A stretch of DNA of 64,000 bases from an uncultured Actinomycetes bacterium (GTDB taxonomy: Bacteria; Actinomycetota; Thermoleophilia; UBA2241): positions 352,001 through 416,000 of the forward strand of contig CAVPVX010000011.1 of the NCBI GenBank assembly GCA_963709345.1, written 5' to 3'. The position numbers and the translations under genes were made by a program. Shown piece after piece: positions 45,288-55,424 of this stretch. How positions within the stretch are numbered: the stretch's first letter is position 1; every line of letters begins with the position of its first letter. Under the pieces are notes generated by a model. It saw only the letters and a list, made by a program, of their open reading frames with translations, made no database searches and was not told where the DNA came from.

Positions 45288-46640
45288 GTGGATGCTCGTC
45301 CACTGACCGAGACGCACGCCTGGCTGGGCCGCGAAGCCGCGGCCATGGGCGGCGTGCACAAGATCCGCTTCTATCCGTTCGTGCTGGAACGGGCGGAGGG
45401 CGTGCGCGTCTGGGACGTCGACGGCAACGAGTACCTGGACCTCATCGCTGCCGGCGGCGTGCTGCAGACGGGGAGTGGACACCCGCGGGTGCGCAGGGCC
45501 ATCCACGCCGAGCTCGACCGCTCGTGGTCGACGATGCTGTGCACGTACCCCGCGCCGCCGACGATCGCGCTTGCGGAGCGTCTCTGCGAGACCCTTCCCG
45601 GCGACGCTCCTCGTGCGGCGTGGTTCGGGACGAGCGGCTCCGACGCCAACGATTGCCTCGGCAAGCTCCTGCCGGTGGCGACGGGGCGCCGGAGGCTCGT
45701 CAGCTTCGTCGGCGCCTATCACGGTCAGACCGCCGGCTCGGCTGCGCTCTCCGGCCACTCGACCCAGGCGCGGACGATCGGCGCCGGCAACATCACCAAG
45801 GTGCCGTACCCCTACTGCTATCGCTGTCTCTGGGGCTGCAGCGGGCCAGACGACTGCGCGCTCGAGTGTCTGTCCTACCTTGAGGAGTTCGTACTGGCCA
45901 ACGTCTCGCCGGCGGACGACACGGCGGCGATCCTGCTCGAGGCGATGCAGTCCGACGGCGGCGACGTGCCGGCCCCTCCGCGGTTTCTCCGTGCCCTGCG
46001 CGAACTCTGCGACCGGCACGGCATCTGGCTCGTCTTCGACGAGGTCAAGTCCGGCCTCGGCCGAAGCGGCACGATGTGGGCCTTCGAGCAGAGCGGCGTG
46101 ACCGCCGATGCGCTCGCTGCCGGCAAGCCGCTGGGCGGGGGGCTGCCGCTCTCGGCGGTGGTCTCGCGGCGGGAGCTTCTCGATGCGGACATCTACAACC
46201 TGTTCACGCTCGGCGGCGCCCCGGTGCCCTGCGCCGCCGGGCTCGCGACTCTCGACGTCATCCGCGAGGAGGGCCTGATGGCCAACGCGAGCGCCGTCGG
46301 AGAGCATCTGCGCGCCGGGCTTCGCGAACTCGCCCGCTCGCACCCCTCCATCGGCGACGTGCGTGGCCTTGGCCTGATGCTCGGCTTCGAGCTCGTCGAG
46401 GACCGCGCGAGCAAGGCGCCGGCGTCGCGGCTCGCGGCGCGTCTCGTCTACCGCTGCTTTGAGCTGGGGCTCATGCTCATCTACTGCGGCCTGCTCGCGA
46501 ACGTCATCGAGATGACGCCGCCGCTGACGCTCACTCGGGATGACGCCGACAGGGCTCTGGCCATCATCGACCAGGCTCTGGCCGAGTGCGAGGCCGGCCA
46601 CTTCGACGATTCCAAGATCGCCCCCTACGCCGGCTGGTAA
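45288..46640 (+). CDS. Class-III PLP aminotransferase (GabT/PuuE-like)
   Basis: WDVDGNEYLD, SGSDAN, AYHG, FDEVKSGLGRSG and AGKPLGGG motifs. Confidence 0.92.
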   Translation: MDARPLTETHAWLGREAAAMGGVHKIRFYPFVLERAEGVRVWDVDGNEYLDLIAAGGVLQTGSGHPRVRRAIHAELDRSWSTMLCTYPAPPTIALAERLCETLPGDAPRAAWFGTSGSDANDCLGKLLPVATGRRRLVSFVGAYHGQTAGSAALSGHSTQARTIGAGNITKVPYPYCYRCLWGCSGPDDCALECLSYLEEFVLANVSPADDTAAILLEAMQSDGGDVPAPPRFLRALRELCDRHGIWLVFDEVKSGLGRSGTMWAFEQSGVTADALAAGKPLGGGLPLSAVVSRRELLDADIYNLFTLGGAPVPCAAGLATLDVIREEGLMANASAVGEHLRAGLRELARSHPSIGDVRGLGLMLGFELVEDRASKAPASRLAARLVYRCFELGLMLIYCGLLANVIEMTPPLTLTRDDADRALAIIDQALAECEAGHFDDSKIAPYAGW

Positions 46641-46658
46641 GAGAGGAGACTGAGACTG

Positions 46659-47390
46659 GTGCAAGAGGACCGACCACTGCTCAAGCTCGACAAGGTGACG
46701 TCCGGGTATGGGCCGATCGTGGCCGTGCGCGACCTCTCGATCGAGGTGTATCCCGGAGAGGTCGTCACCCTGCTGGGCGCCAACGGCGCCGGCAAGAGCA
46801 CGACGCTGCTGACGATCGCCGGGCTTGTGCGGCCGTCCACCGGTACTGTCGAGTTCGACGGCTCCGACATACTGCATCTCAAGGCGGAGGATGTCGTTCG
46901 GCAAGGCATCGCTCTCACTCCCGAGGGCCGCGGCATCTTCGCTCACCTCTCGGTCACGGATAACCTGCGCATCGGCGCCACCGTCCGCAAGGACAAGGCC
47001 GGTGTGGCGGAGACGATGGACGAGATGCTCGATCTCTTCCCGATCCTGCGCGAGCGGTCGCGACAGCTCGCCGGCACGCTGTCCGGGGGCGAACAGCAGA
47101 TGCTTGCGCTGGCGCGATCGCTGATGAGCAAGCCGCGGCTCATGCTGCTCGACGAGCCGTCGCTCGGCTTGGCGCCGCGTATCGTCGCGCAGATCTTCGA
47201 GCTGCTCCGGCAGCTGCCGGAGCGCGGCGTCACGGTACTGCTCGTGGAGCAGAACGTGAGGCTGGCTCTCGATGTCGCGTCCCGCGGATACGTGCTGGCA
47301 TCCGGCGAACTGCAGCTGGCGGGATCGGCGGAGGAGCTCCTCAATGCCGTCGACCTCGAGAAGGCCTACCTGGGAGCGGATGTCGCATGA
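46659..47390 (+). CDS. ABC ATP-binding protein, LivF-like
   Basis: GANGAGKST, LSGGEQQM, LDEPSLGLAP and VEQN motifs. Confidence 0.95.
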   Translation: MQEDRPLLKLDKVTSGYGPIVAVRDLSIEVYPGEVVTLLGANGAGKSTTLLTIAGLVRPSTGTVEFDGSDILHLKAEDVVRQGIALTPEGRGIFAHLSVTDNLRIGATVRKDKAGVAETMDEMLDLFPILRERSRQLAGTLSGGEQQMLALARSLMSKPRLMLLDEPSLGLAPRIVAQIFELLRQLPERGVTVLLVEQNVRLALDVASRGYVLASGELQLAGSAEELLNAVDLEKAYLGADVA

Positions 47391-48277
47391 GCGCCGCTGA
47401 GATCGCCCAACAGATCATCAACGCCCTGAGTTTGGGCAGCACCTACGCGCTGCTCGCGCTGGGCCTCGCCTTGGTCTTCGGGGTCATGGGCCTCGTCAAC
47501 TTCGCCTACGGCGAACTGGTGACGATCACCGGCTACACGATGTACCTGCTCACCGTGAACGGTGTCGCCTGGTGGATCGCGGTCTGCGCCGGACTCGTCT
47601 TCGCCACCGTCGCGTCGCTGCTCATGGAGCGCTTCGCCTTTCGGCCGCTGCGCAATGCCAGCTTCCTCACACTCCTTTTTGCGTCGTTCGCTCTCTCGGT
47701 CATCATCCAGAACGTGTTTCGCGCGACGGTCTCGCCCCGGACCAAGGGCATCGAAGGCCCGTCGCTGCTCATCCGGGCGGTCCACCTGGGCCCGCTCTCC
47801 ATCAGCTGGCTGAGCATCATCACCATCGCTATCGGCATCGCCTGCCTGCTCGGCCTACTGCTGTTCATGCGTGGTTCACTGGCCGGCATCGGGATGCGTG
47901 CCGCGGCCGAGAACTTCGCCGTCGCGCGCCTTATGGGTGTGAGGGCCAACCGGGTCATCGCCCTCGCCTTCGTCATCAGCGGCCTGCTCGCCGGAATCGC
48001 GGGCGTGCTCTGGGTGTCGCGCAGCGGATCCGTTGACCCGGGCATGGGGTTCACGCCGATCATCAAGGCGTTCATCGCCACCGTGATCGGCGGTCTGGGA
48101 AGTCTTCCGGGAGCGGTGCTCGGCGGCTTCATCCTTGCCGCCGCCGAGGTCTTCTTCATTGCGGTGCTGCCCACAAGCGTTCAGCCGTTCAGCGACCCCT
48201 TCGCGCTGCTCCTGGTGATCGCCATCCTCTACTTCAAGCCCAACGGCCTACTGGCTCCTGTTGCGGAGCGTGCCTGA
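47387..48277 (+). CDS. ABC permease, LivH-like
   Basis: YALLALGLALVFGVMGLVNFAYGE and GGLGSLPGA motifs. Confidence 0.93.
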   Translation: MSAAEIAQQIINALSLGSTYALLALGLALVFGVMGLVNFAYGELVTITGYTMYLLTVNGVAWWIAVCAGLVFATVASLLMERFAFRPLRNASFLTLLFASFALSVIIQNVFRATVSPRTKGIEGPSLLIRAVHLGPLSISWLSIITIAIGIACLLGLLLFMRGSLAGIGMRAAAENFAVARLMGVRANRVIALAFVISGLLAGIAGVLWVSRSGSVDPGMGFTPIIKAFIATVIGGLGSLPGAVLGGFILAAAEVFFIAVLPTSVQPFSDPFALLLVIAILYFKPNGLLAPVAERA

Positions 48278-49380
48278 TGAACCGGCTACTCACCTCACTC
48301 TACGTCCGCAACGTCGCCGGCACTTCGGGGCTGCTCATCGCCATCCTCGCCGTGGTCGCTCTGATCGGGGCTTTCAGCGCCGGCTCGGGCAGCAGCCTCA
48401 CCCTGATCATCCCGAACTTCTTCATCACCGTGATCGTCGTCATCGCCCTTCAGATGTTCACGGGTAACTCCGGCGTGGTCTCGTGGGGCCACGCCGCCTT
48501 CGTCGGCATCGGCGCCTACGTGACCGCCTGGCTGACAGTCCCCACGGTCATCAAGAGTGACGTGTTCCGCGGGATGCCGTCGTGGCTGCTCGACGCGCAG
48601 TGGAGCTTCATCCCGACGATCATCGTGGCTACTCTGGCGGGCACCCTCGTCGCCGCGCTCATCGGTCTCGTCCTGAGTCGCATGAAGGAGACCGCCATGG
48701 CGATGAGCACGCTCGCCCTGCTGGTCATCGCGCACGGCGTGTACGCGAACTGGTTCGGCATGACTCGCGGGGCCCAGGGGGTATACGGACTGCCTCAGAA
48801 CACCACGCTCTGGGGCGCATTCGCCTTCGCCTCCTTCGCCGTGATCGTCGGCGTCATGTTTCGCGATTCCCGGGTCGGGCTTCGGCTGCAGGCCAGCCGA
48901 GAGGATCCGCTCGCGGCCGAAGCGACCGGTGTCAGCGTGGTGCGCGCCCGCTACATCGCCTGGGTCGCCTCGGCGGCTCTGGCCGCCCTGTGCGGCTCGG
49001 TGTGGGCGCAGTTCAACCTCGCGTTCGACCCATCCCAGTTCTACTACACGCAGGTGTTCGCGGTACTGTCGATGCTGGTCATCGGGGGCATGGCGACGGT
49101 GTCGGGAGCCATCGTCGGCGCCGGCGTCGTCACCGTCCTGTCACAGATCCTCTACGACATCGAGGGTGGCAGCTTCCTCGGCATGGAGGTTCCGCGCATC
49201 AGCGGACTGCAGCAGATGATCCTTGCGATCGTCACCCTGCTCATCCTCATCTACCGGCGCAACGGCATTCTGAGCTGGTGGGAGCTCGACGAGTGGGTGC
49301 GCAAGGGCCGGCGTCGCTTCTTCTCCGGGGGGCGTACCCCGGACGCTCGGCCTCTGGGTGACGACAAGGAAGGGGGCTGA
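48277..49380 (+). CDS. ABC permease, LivM-like
   Basis: G.VSWGHAAF.GIGAY, SREDPLAAEA.G and VIGG motifs. Confidence 0.92.
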   Translation: MNRLLTSLYVRNVAGTSGLLIAILAVVALIGAFSAGSGSSLTLIIPNFFITVIVVIALQMFTGNSGVVSWGHAAFVGIGAYVTAWLTVPTVIKSDVFRGMPSWLLDAQWSFIPTIIVATLAGTLVAALIGLVLSRMKETAMAMSTLALLVIAHGVYANWFGMTRGAQGVYGLPQNTTLWGAFAFASFAVIVGVMFRDSRVGLRLQASREDPLAAEATGVSVVRARYIAWVASAALAALCGSVWAQFNLAFDPSQFYYTQVFAVLSMLVIGGMATVSGAIVGAGVVTVLSQILYDIEGGSFLGMEVPRISGLQQMILAIVTLLILIYRRNGILSWWELDEWVRKGRRRFFSGGRTPDARPLGDDKEGG

Positions 49381-49381
49381 C

Positions 49382-50191
49382 ATGGGCGCCGCCAATGAAG
49401 AGAGAAGCGCGGCGGCCACGGCCGAGGCTCCGGCCGCGTCTCGGGCTCCGGCCGCGACCTCCCATCTCCTCGAGGCGGTCGCCGTCAGCAAGCACTTCCG
49501 CGGCGTCCACGCTCTGGATGGGGTATCGCTGGAGATCGCGGCCGGCGAGATCGTGGGACTCATCGGCCCCAACGGCTCCGGCAAGACGACGCTTCTCAAC
49601 GTGCTCTCCGGAGTGTACGCGCCGACATCCGGCAGAGTCCGCTGCGACGGACGGGAGGTCGCGGGCTTCAAGCCCAACCGCATTGCTCACATGGGCGTGG
49701 GACGGACCTTCCAGAACATCCGGCTCTTCAGCCACCTCACGGTGCGCCAGAACATCGAGGTCGGCTCAGTAAGCGGACACTCGACAAAAGGGTTGGACCA
49801 CCGCGCCGACGTCGACAAGCTCCTCCGCCGGTTCGGCCTGGGGGCGAGCGCCGACGTCCAGTCGCTGAACCTGCCGTACGGGGCGCAGCGCCGCGTCGAG
49901 ATCGCCCGCGCCCTTGCGGGGCGGCCCTACTTCCTGCTGCTCGACGAGCCGGCTGCCGGGATGAACGAGGCCGAGTCGGACACCCTGCTTGAGACCATCA
50001 TGGGTGTGCGAGCCGAGTTCGGCTGCGGCATCCTCATCGTCGACCACGACTTGCGGCTCATCATGCGCTTGTGCGAGCGCATCCACGTCTTTGCGGAGGG
50101 CACGACGCTGGCGACGGGCACTCCGGAGGAGGTCCGGCACGATCCGACCGTCATCGAGGTGTTCCTCGGTGACGCGCTCGAGGACACCTGA
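49382..50191 (+). CDS. ABC ATP-binding protein, LivG-like
   Basis: GPNGSGKTT, RTFQNIRLF, LPYG.QRRVEIARAL and DEPAAGMN motifs. Confidence 0.95.
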   Translation: MGAANEERSAAATAEAPAASRAPAATSHLLEAVAVSKHFRGVHALDGVSLEIAAGEIVGLIGPNGSGKTTLLNVLSGVYAPTSGRVRCDGREVAGFKPNRIAHMGVGRTFQNIRLFSHLTVRQNIEVGSVSGHSTKGLDHRADVDKLLRRFGLGASADVQSLNLPYGAQRRVEIARALAGRPYFLLLDEPAAGMNEAESDTLLETIMGVRAEFGCGILIVDHDLRLIMRLCERIHVFAEGTTLATGTPEEVRHDPTVIEVFLGDALEDT

Positions 50192-50216
50192 GGTGGACGA
50201 ACTGCGGTAGGGCGTC

Positions 50217-51115
50217 GTGCACGCTATCGGGCGGGACCGCGTCATCTATGACACGGACAAGACGAATGCGCCGGCCCTGCGGGTGCGGGGCGGTGACGTC
50301 GTGCTGGCCGAGTGTCACGATTGCTTCGGCGGATTCATCCAGACCGCCCAGGACGACCCTCAGGACCTCGATCACCGTCTTCTCAACCCGGCGACCGGGC
50401 CGATCTTCGTGGACGGCGCCGAGCCCGGTGACGTCCTCGCCGTGGACCTGCTGCGCATCGAGGTCGGCGAACAGGGTGCTGCGCCGCTCTATCCCGGGGA
50501 GTTCGGTCTTCTCAAGGACGACCATATCGGGGCCTTCACCAAGATCGCACGCGTCGAGAACGGCGTCATCCTGTATCGCGACGACGTGAGGATCCCCGTG
50601 CGCCCTATGGTCGGGACGCTGGGCGTGGCGCCGTCAGGGGAGAGCGTGTCCACTCTGTACATGGGTGACCACGGCGCCAACATGGACCACAAGGACGTCT
50701 GCGTCGGCAACACGGTCTACCTGCCGGTGTTCGTGCCGGGCGCGCTCCTGGCGCTCGGTGACGCCCACGCGATCAGTGGCGACGGGGAGGCGGCCGCGGC
50801 CGCCTCGAGGTGCCCTCCGTGGTGACGCTCCGCGTCGACGTGCTCAAGGGGCAGTCGCTTCCGCGTCCCATCATCGAGAGCCCCACTGAGCTCATGACCT
50901 GCGGCTGGGGCATGACGATGGAAGAGGCCACGAGCTGCGCCATGCGCGACATGGTCGACTTTCTGGAGCGCAAACTCGACATGCCGAGGGCAGAGGCCTA
51001 CAACCTGGCCGGCATGGTCGGCGACGCTCGTCCAGGCAACGCGGTTTGCAGTCCGGGCGCCATGCGCTTCTCGATGCCGAAGGGGATCTTCGTCAACGGG
51101 ATCAGCATCCCCTGA
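50217..51115 (+). CDS. Acetamidase/formamidase family protein (frameshift near 50790-50810)
   Basis: NPATGPIFV.GAEPGD, HGANMD and LGDAHA..GDGE motifs; C-terminus in ORF 50810..51115. Confidence 0.88.
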
Positions 51116-51375
51116 CGATGGGATGCGGTCGCCGGCGGACGAAGAGCCCGCCGGCGACCGCATCTCGTCAGCCGGCCGGCGCCGGGAAGGACGTGAACGG
51201 GGCCGCGGCGACGAAGTCCCACGCGGCGAGCGCCTCTACCTGGCGGCGAGGCCCACGGGCCGGTCCCGGGTCGTCCGCTCCCAGATACGTCACTCTCGCG
51301 CACATGGTCGCCCCCTTCTTGTAGCCCTGCAGTGGCCTGCTCCGGGGCGTCTTCTCGGGGCGGGCGGCAGGTCGT

Positions 51376-53436
51376 TCAGCCGCGGACCAGTCTCAGGAAC
51401 TCGTCGGCGTCGACATGGATCAGGAGTTGCTGGCGGGCAGGCAGACTCGCGCGCTCGAACCGCGGCTTGCCGGCCAGCGAGCTCATCTGCACGATCGCCT
51501 CCATGGAGCGTGCGCCGTGGATGTACTCGCCGATCTCAAGGAACGCGCGCAGCACGCCGTCGTCTATCTGCATGAGCGGCTCTCCGCCCCGGACCGGGGA
51601 GAGCATCTGCGGCGCGCGCCCGGCCAGCAGCGACCGCAACACCAGTGCGCGACGCAGGGGTGCGGCGACGTCGCCGGGATCCTGACGGTTGGGGCCGGTG
51701 ACGTCCACGTAGCCGCGCAGCCGGCTCACGAAGTCCGGCTTCTTGGCCGCGCGCTCCTGCCGCTCGTCCTTGAAGCCGATGAAGTCCTCGAACGACGACG
51801 CCGTGCCGCCGGCGAACACGAAGATGGCCGTGCCCAGCGGGTGGGACCCGTGCCCGTCGTGGAAGCGGCCGTCGGCCATGGGCGAGAGGAAGTGGGGCAG
51901 CCAGCCGAGCAACTGACCCTGGAGCGGGGCGTCGAACTCGTCCCAGAACACGAGCGCGAGGTCGCCACGCAGGGCCACGTCGCGGATCTCGTGGAAGGCC
52001 GCGTGCAGGCCTTCGGCGGAGCGCATCTGCGAGAGGTCGTACTCCAGCCGGTCGACGCGGCCGGAGAAGAGCACCGTGGCGAGCTGCCGGACGGCAAACG
52101 TCTTGCCGGCGCCGGGAGGCCCGAACACGGCGATCGGCAGGGGCGCGATCCCACTCCCGCCGCGCAGGCCCTGCTGCACGTACTCGCTGAGGATGTTGCG
52201 GATGCTGCGCATGTTCTCGATCTCGATCCGGTCGATCGACGACCAGGCGCCCACCGTCTCGACCGGGATGCCGGAGGGAAGTCCGCGCACACCGTGGACG
52301 GCGGCGTTGACGGCCACGGCGGCCATGGACATGTCGGCGCAGGTCTGCTCGAGGATCGAGGTGCCACGGTTGGGACGGTAGGCGACGCTGGCGAACTCCG
52401 TCGGCTCGCGCTGGAGCGCCGTGGCGACGGCGCCGAGGGGGAAGGGGCTGCACGGCTGCTCCGGGTCATCGCCCACCTGGAAGCCTTCCACGTGGGCGCT
52501 CCGCGCGGCGCCCAGGCCGCGCTGCACGGCGGCCACCAGGCCGGCCTCGCTCTGCGTCGTCAGCTGCAGGGTCACGGCGGCGTCGATACAGCGGCCGTAG
52601 CCGGCGCCGACGCCAGGGTACTGCTGGCTCCAGTCGCCCTCCTGGGTGTGTGGGTCGAAGACCAGCACATCGTCGCCCTCGCGGTCGATGATGACGGCGC
52701 CGCTGGCGCCGACGACGACGATCACCCGCCGCGCACGCGCCAGCGGGTGCGCACGCACCGCGGCGGAGATCTCCTCGGTCATCTGCTCCCACGAGAGCGA
52801 ATAGCCGACCTGCAGGCCTGCCTTGCGGAGTTCGTCGGCCGATATGAGCGCCGTGAGACGGTCGGCGTGCTCCCCGAGCAGCAGGTCGGCGAGCGGCGAG
52901 CCGGAGAGCGGCGCCCCCGTCTGCCAGATGACGTTGGCCGGCTCTGCGGCGAGCAGACTCGGCAGGTCCGGGAAACTGCTCCGGTAGCCGATGGCGTGGT
53001 CGACGATGAGGACCGTGTCGACCTTGTCGGGAGCGCGGGGGGGCTCACAGCCCGGCCCCGACTTCGCGGGGTTCGTGCCCTTGAACTCGACGATGCGCCA
53101 CGCGGTGTCGCTGCGATCGCCGAGGGTCCGGGGGAACTCGGCGATGTCGGCGTAGGTGTGGGAGTAGCATGGATGGAACGGTGATCTGAGAGCATCAGGG
53201 GAGACGTCCGCGCCGAAGATCTCCACATCATCGAGCCCGGCGGCTGCGACCGTGCGCCGCAGGATGTCGGTGTGCGACGCCGCGCCGCCGGCGCTCGCCA
53301 GCTGGCGTCCGGCGTAGTCCCCGCCCCACATCCAGATGAAGTCGAGAGCGCCGCGCTCTCGCGGCGCCTGCGAGAGCAGGAGCCAGTCGATGGTGACGTC
53401 ACCTGTGATGACGACCGTGCGCGTGCTGTTGGCCAT
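51376..53436 (-). CDS. Degenerate PfkB/ribokinase-like domain fused to an AAA+ ATPase
   Basis: N-terminal VVITGDVTIDW...GGAA; Walker A GPPGAGKT; Walker B LVFWDEFD; also FAGGT and PDFVSRL. Confidence 0.8.
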   Translation of the reverse strand: MANSTRTVVITGDVTIDWLLLSQAPRERGALDFIWMWGGDYAGRQLASAGGAASHTDILRRTVAAAGLDDVEIFGADVSPDALRSPFHPCYSHTYADIAEFPRTLGDRSDTAWRIVEFKGTNPAKSGPGCEPPRAPDKVDTVLIVDHAIGYRSSFPDLPSLLAAEPANVIWQTGAPLSGSPLADLLLGEHADRLTALISADELRKAGLQVGYSLSWEQMTEEISAAVRAHPLARARRVIVVVGASGAVIIDREGDDVLVFDPHTQEGDWSQQYPGVGAGYGRCIDAAVTLQLTTQSEAGLVAAVQRGLGAARSAHVEGFQVGDDPEQPCSPFPLGAVATALQREPTEFASVAYRPNRGTSILEQTCADMSMAAVAVNAAVHGVRGLPSGIPVETVGAWSSIDRIEIENMRSIRNILSEYVQQGLRGGSGIAPLPIAVFGPPGAGKTFAVRQLATVLFSGRVDRLEYDLSQMRSAEGLHAAFHEIRDVALRGDLALVFWDEFDAPLQGQLLGWLPHFLSPMADGRFHDGHGSHPLGTAIFVFAGGTASSFEDFIGFKDERQERAAKKPDFVSRLRGYVDVTGPNRQDPGDVAAPLRRALVLRSLLAGRAPQMLSPVRGGEPLMQIDDGVLRAFLEIGEYIHGARSMEAIVQMSSLAGKPRFERASLPARQQLLIHVDADEFLRLVRG

Positions 53437-53629
53437 GATCGACTCCGGATCGGTGTGTGCGACGCAGTCATCGTACCCGCTGGAGCATCGACCTGCTCAT
53501 CGGCTTGCCGAGTCTCGAGGACGTGGCGCGCTGTGGAACCTTGCGGAGCGCTCCGCCGGGCTGGATGATGTTCACGGCCCTGTTCCGCGTCAGTCAGCCA
53601 GATGACTCAGGCCGACAAGGACCGCGCCG

Positions 53630-53745
53630 TCGCCATGAACCCGATCACCTGGACGCGGACGTAGATCCGGGCGACGGCCGGGCAGAGCCCGGATTCGATC
53701 GGGATCGACTCCACGACCGGGATGCTGCTGCTGAGCAAGGGGTAT
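53630..53745 (+). pseudogene. DUF3089-family fragment
   Basis: 30-bp exact match (53630-53659) to 58149-58178, encoding AMNPITWTR, followed by an in-frame TAG. Confidence 0.6.
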
Positions 53746-53876
53746 GCTGTGCCATCGGGCGGCTGAGGCGGAACGTGTCGAGCCGCAGTGCGTGCTGCAC
53801 CGACGCGAGCGTCGCGGCGTGAGGAACGCTCGATGAGTGAGGCGATCTCGCCGATGCTCGGTCTGAGACGGGAGGC

Positions 53877-54785
53877 ATGATGAGCGACGACGCAGATCGC
53901 TACAAGGAGATCCTCGACAACCTCTACGACGGTGTCTATTTCGTCGATCGCGACCGCGTGGTCACCTACTGGAACAAAGGCGCCGAGCGCATCAGCGGCT
54001 ATTCTGCGGACGTGATGATCGGCCACTCCTGTCGCGATCACCTGCTCAACCACGTCAATGCCGACGGCGTGCCTCTGTGTGAGGACCACTGCCCGCTGGC
54101 CGCGTGTATCACTGACGGACTACCTCGCGAGGCCGACGTCTTTCTCCATCACGCCGACGGCCACCGCGTGCCGGTGCTCGTACGAGGCGCCGCGCTCCGT
54201 GACTCCTCGGGCGAGATCGTCGGGGCCGTCGAGACCTTCAGCGGAGACACGGCCGGGCACGCGATGCGCACCGAGGTGCGCGAGCTGCGCCGCAGCACGC
54301 AGCGCGACGCGCTCACGGGCGTGGGCAGCCGTGGCTACACCGAGGGACGGCTGCGCGCCGTGGTCGCCGAGTTCGAGGGCCGAGAGCCCGCGGCCGGCCT
54401 GTTGTTCGGCGACGTCGACCGCTTCAAGAACTTCAACGATACCTACGGCCACGAGGTCGGCGACCGGGTCCTGCGCATGGTGGCGTCGACCCTCCGGGGC
54501 AGTGTCCGCGGTGACGACGTGGTCGGCCGCTGGGGCGGCGAGGAGTTCGTCGTTCTGGTGCACGAGGTGAGCTTGGAGGCTGAGGTCGCCGCCCTCGGCG
54601 AGAAGTTGAGAGCTCTCGTCGAGGCCTCCCGCCTCGATCTGGCCGAGGAGAGCGTCAGCGTCACGGTCTCGCTGGGCGCCACCCTTCTGCAGTCCGGCGA
54701 CTCGCCCGAGAGCCTGGTGCGCCGGGCCGACCAGCTGATGTACGTCAGCAAGGAGGCCGGGCGGAATCGCGTCACGGTCGGCTGA
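53877..54785 (+). CDS. PAS-GGDEF diguanylate cyclase
   Basis: PAS (YWNKGAERISGY), DVDRFK.FND.YGH, RGDD I-site and GGEEF. Confidence 0.93.
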   Translation: MMSDDADRYKEILDNLYDGVYFVDRDRVVTYWNKGAERISGYSADVMIGHSCRDHLLNHVNADGVPLCEDHCPLAACITDGLPREADVFLHHADGHRVPVLVRGAALRDSSGEIVGAVETFSGDTAGHAMRTEVRELRRSTQRDALTGVGSRGYTEGRLRAVVAEFEGREPAAGLLFGDVDRFKNFNDTYGHEVGDRVLRMVASTLRGSVRGDDVVGRWGGEEFVVLVHEVSLEAEVAALGEKLRALVEASRLDLAEESVSVTVSLGATLLQSGDSPESLVRRADQLMYVSKEAGRNRVTVG

Positions 54786-55049
54786 GACGACCGGTAGAGT
54801 GCCGACACACAGGGCGTGCGACTTCGCCGTCGCATCCCTCCCGGTCTCCCTTTGGCCCGTGCCGCAGCTTGGCCCACACGACGTCGAGATCGGGTCTTGG
54901 CGGCGTGCCTGCAACCCGGCGGCCGAGCGGGCAGCTATCCGGAATCTCCGGATAGTTGAATCCGGCTTGACCACACTCTCGATTCCCCGTGGATTTGTCG
55001 TGAGACGTCGTGACGGCAACTCAGTCCTCTGAGTGGTCTTACTCAAGAC

Positions 55050-55217
55050 TTCGTCTTCGCGTCCGGCGACGAGCCCATTTTGCCGGGCGCCGCCTGGATC
55101 GACGAGCAGTGGGAGGCGGCGCGGGCGACCGCCCCGTCGGCGCCGACCGTGCTGGCGCTCGACGAGATCCACAAGATCCCCGGGTGGGCAGAGCGGGTCA
55201 AGGCTAACTGGGCTTGA
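55050..55217 (+). pseudogene. AAA_14/DUF4143-type ATPase, N-terminal-part fragment
   Basis: ASGDEP...AWIDEQWEAAR...VLALDEIHKIPGWAERVK (Walker B region); no start codon or Walker A. Confidence 0.7.
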
Positions 55218-55424
55218 CGTTCTGCCATGACAACACCCGTGCCGCCGATCCCTTGACCCGATGCGCCTCCGGGTGATCAGATGATGCCGGGCATACTTGC
55301 GACGAGCGTCACAACGGCATCGGGAGAGACCGAAGCGTCAGGGCGCGTAGCGGTCGTCACTCCACCTTGAGCGGGGGAGGGCTCGCGTCGTCCATGCAGC
55401 GCTGCGTTCACCAGGAGGTACCAA

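Noticed and set aside
55320-55420. Glycine-riboswitch-like GGAGAGACC upstream of the IPT gene
   Set aside because: The downstream CCGAAG...CUCUCAGG core is not properly present, and the gene context is unrelated to glycine.
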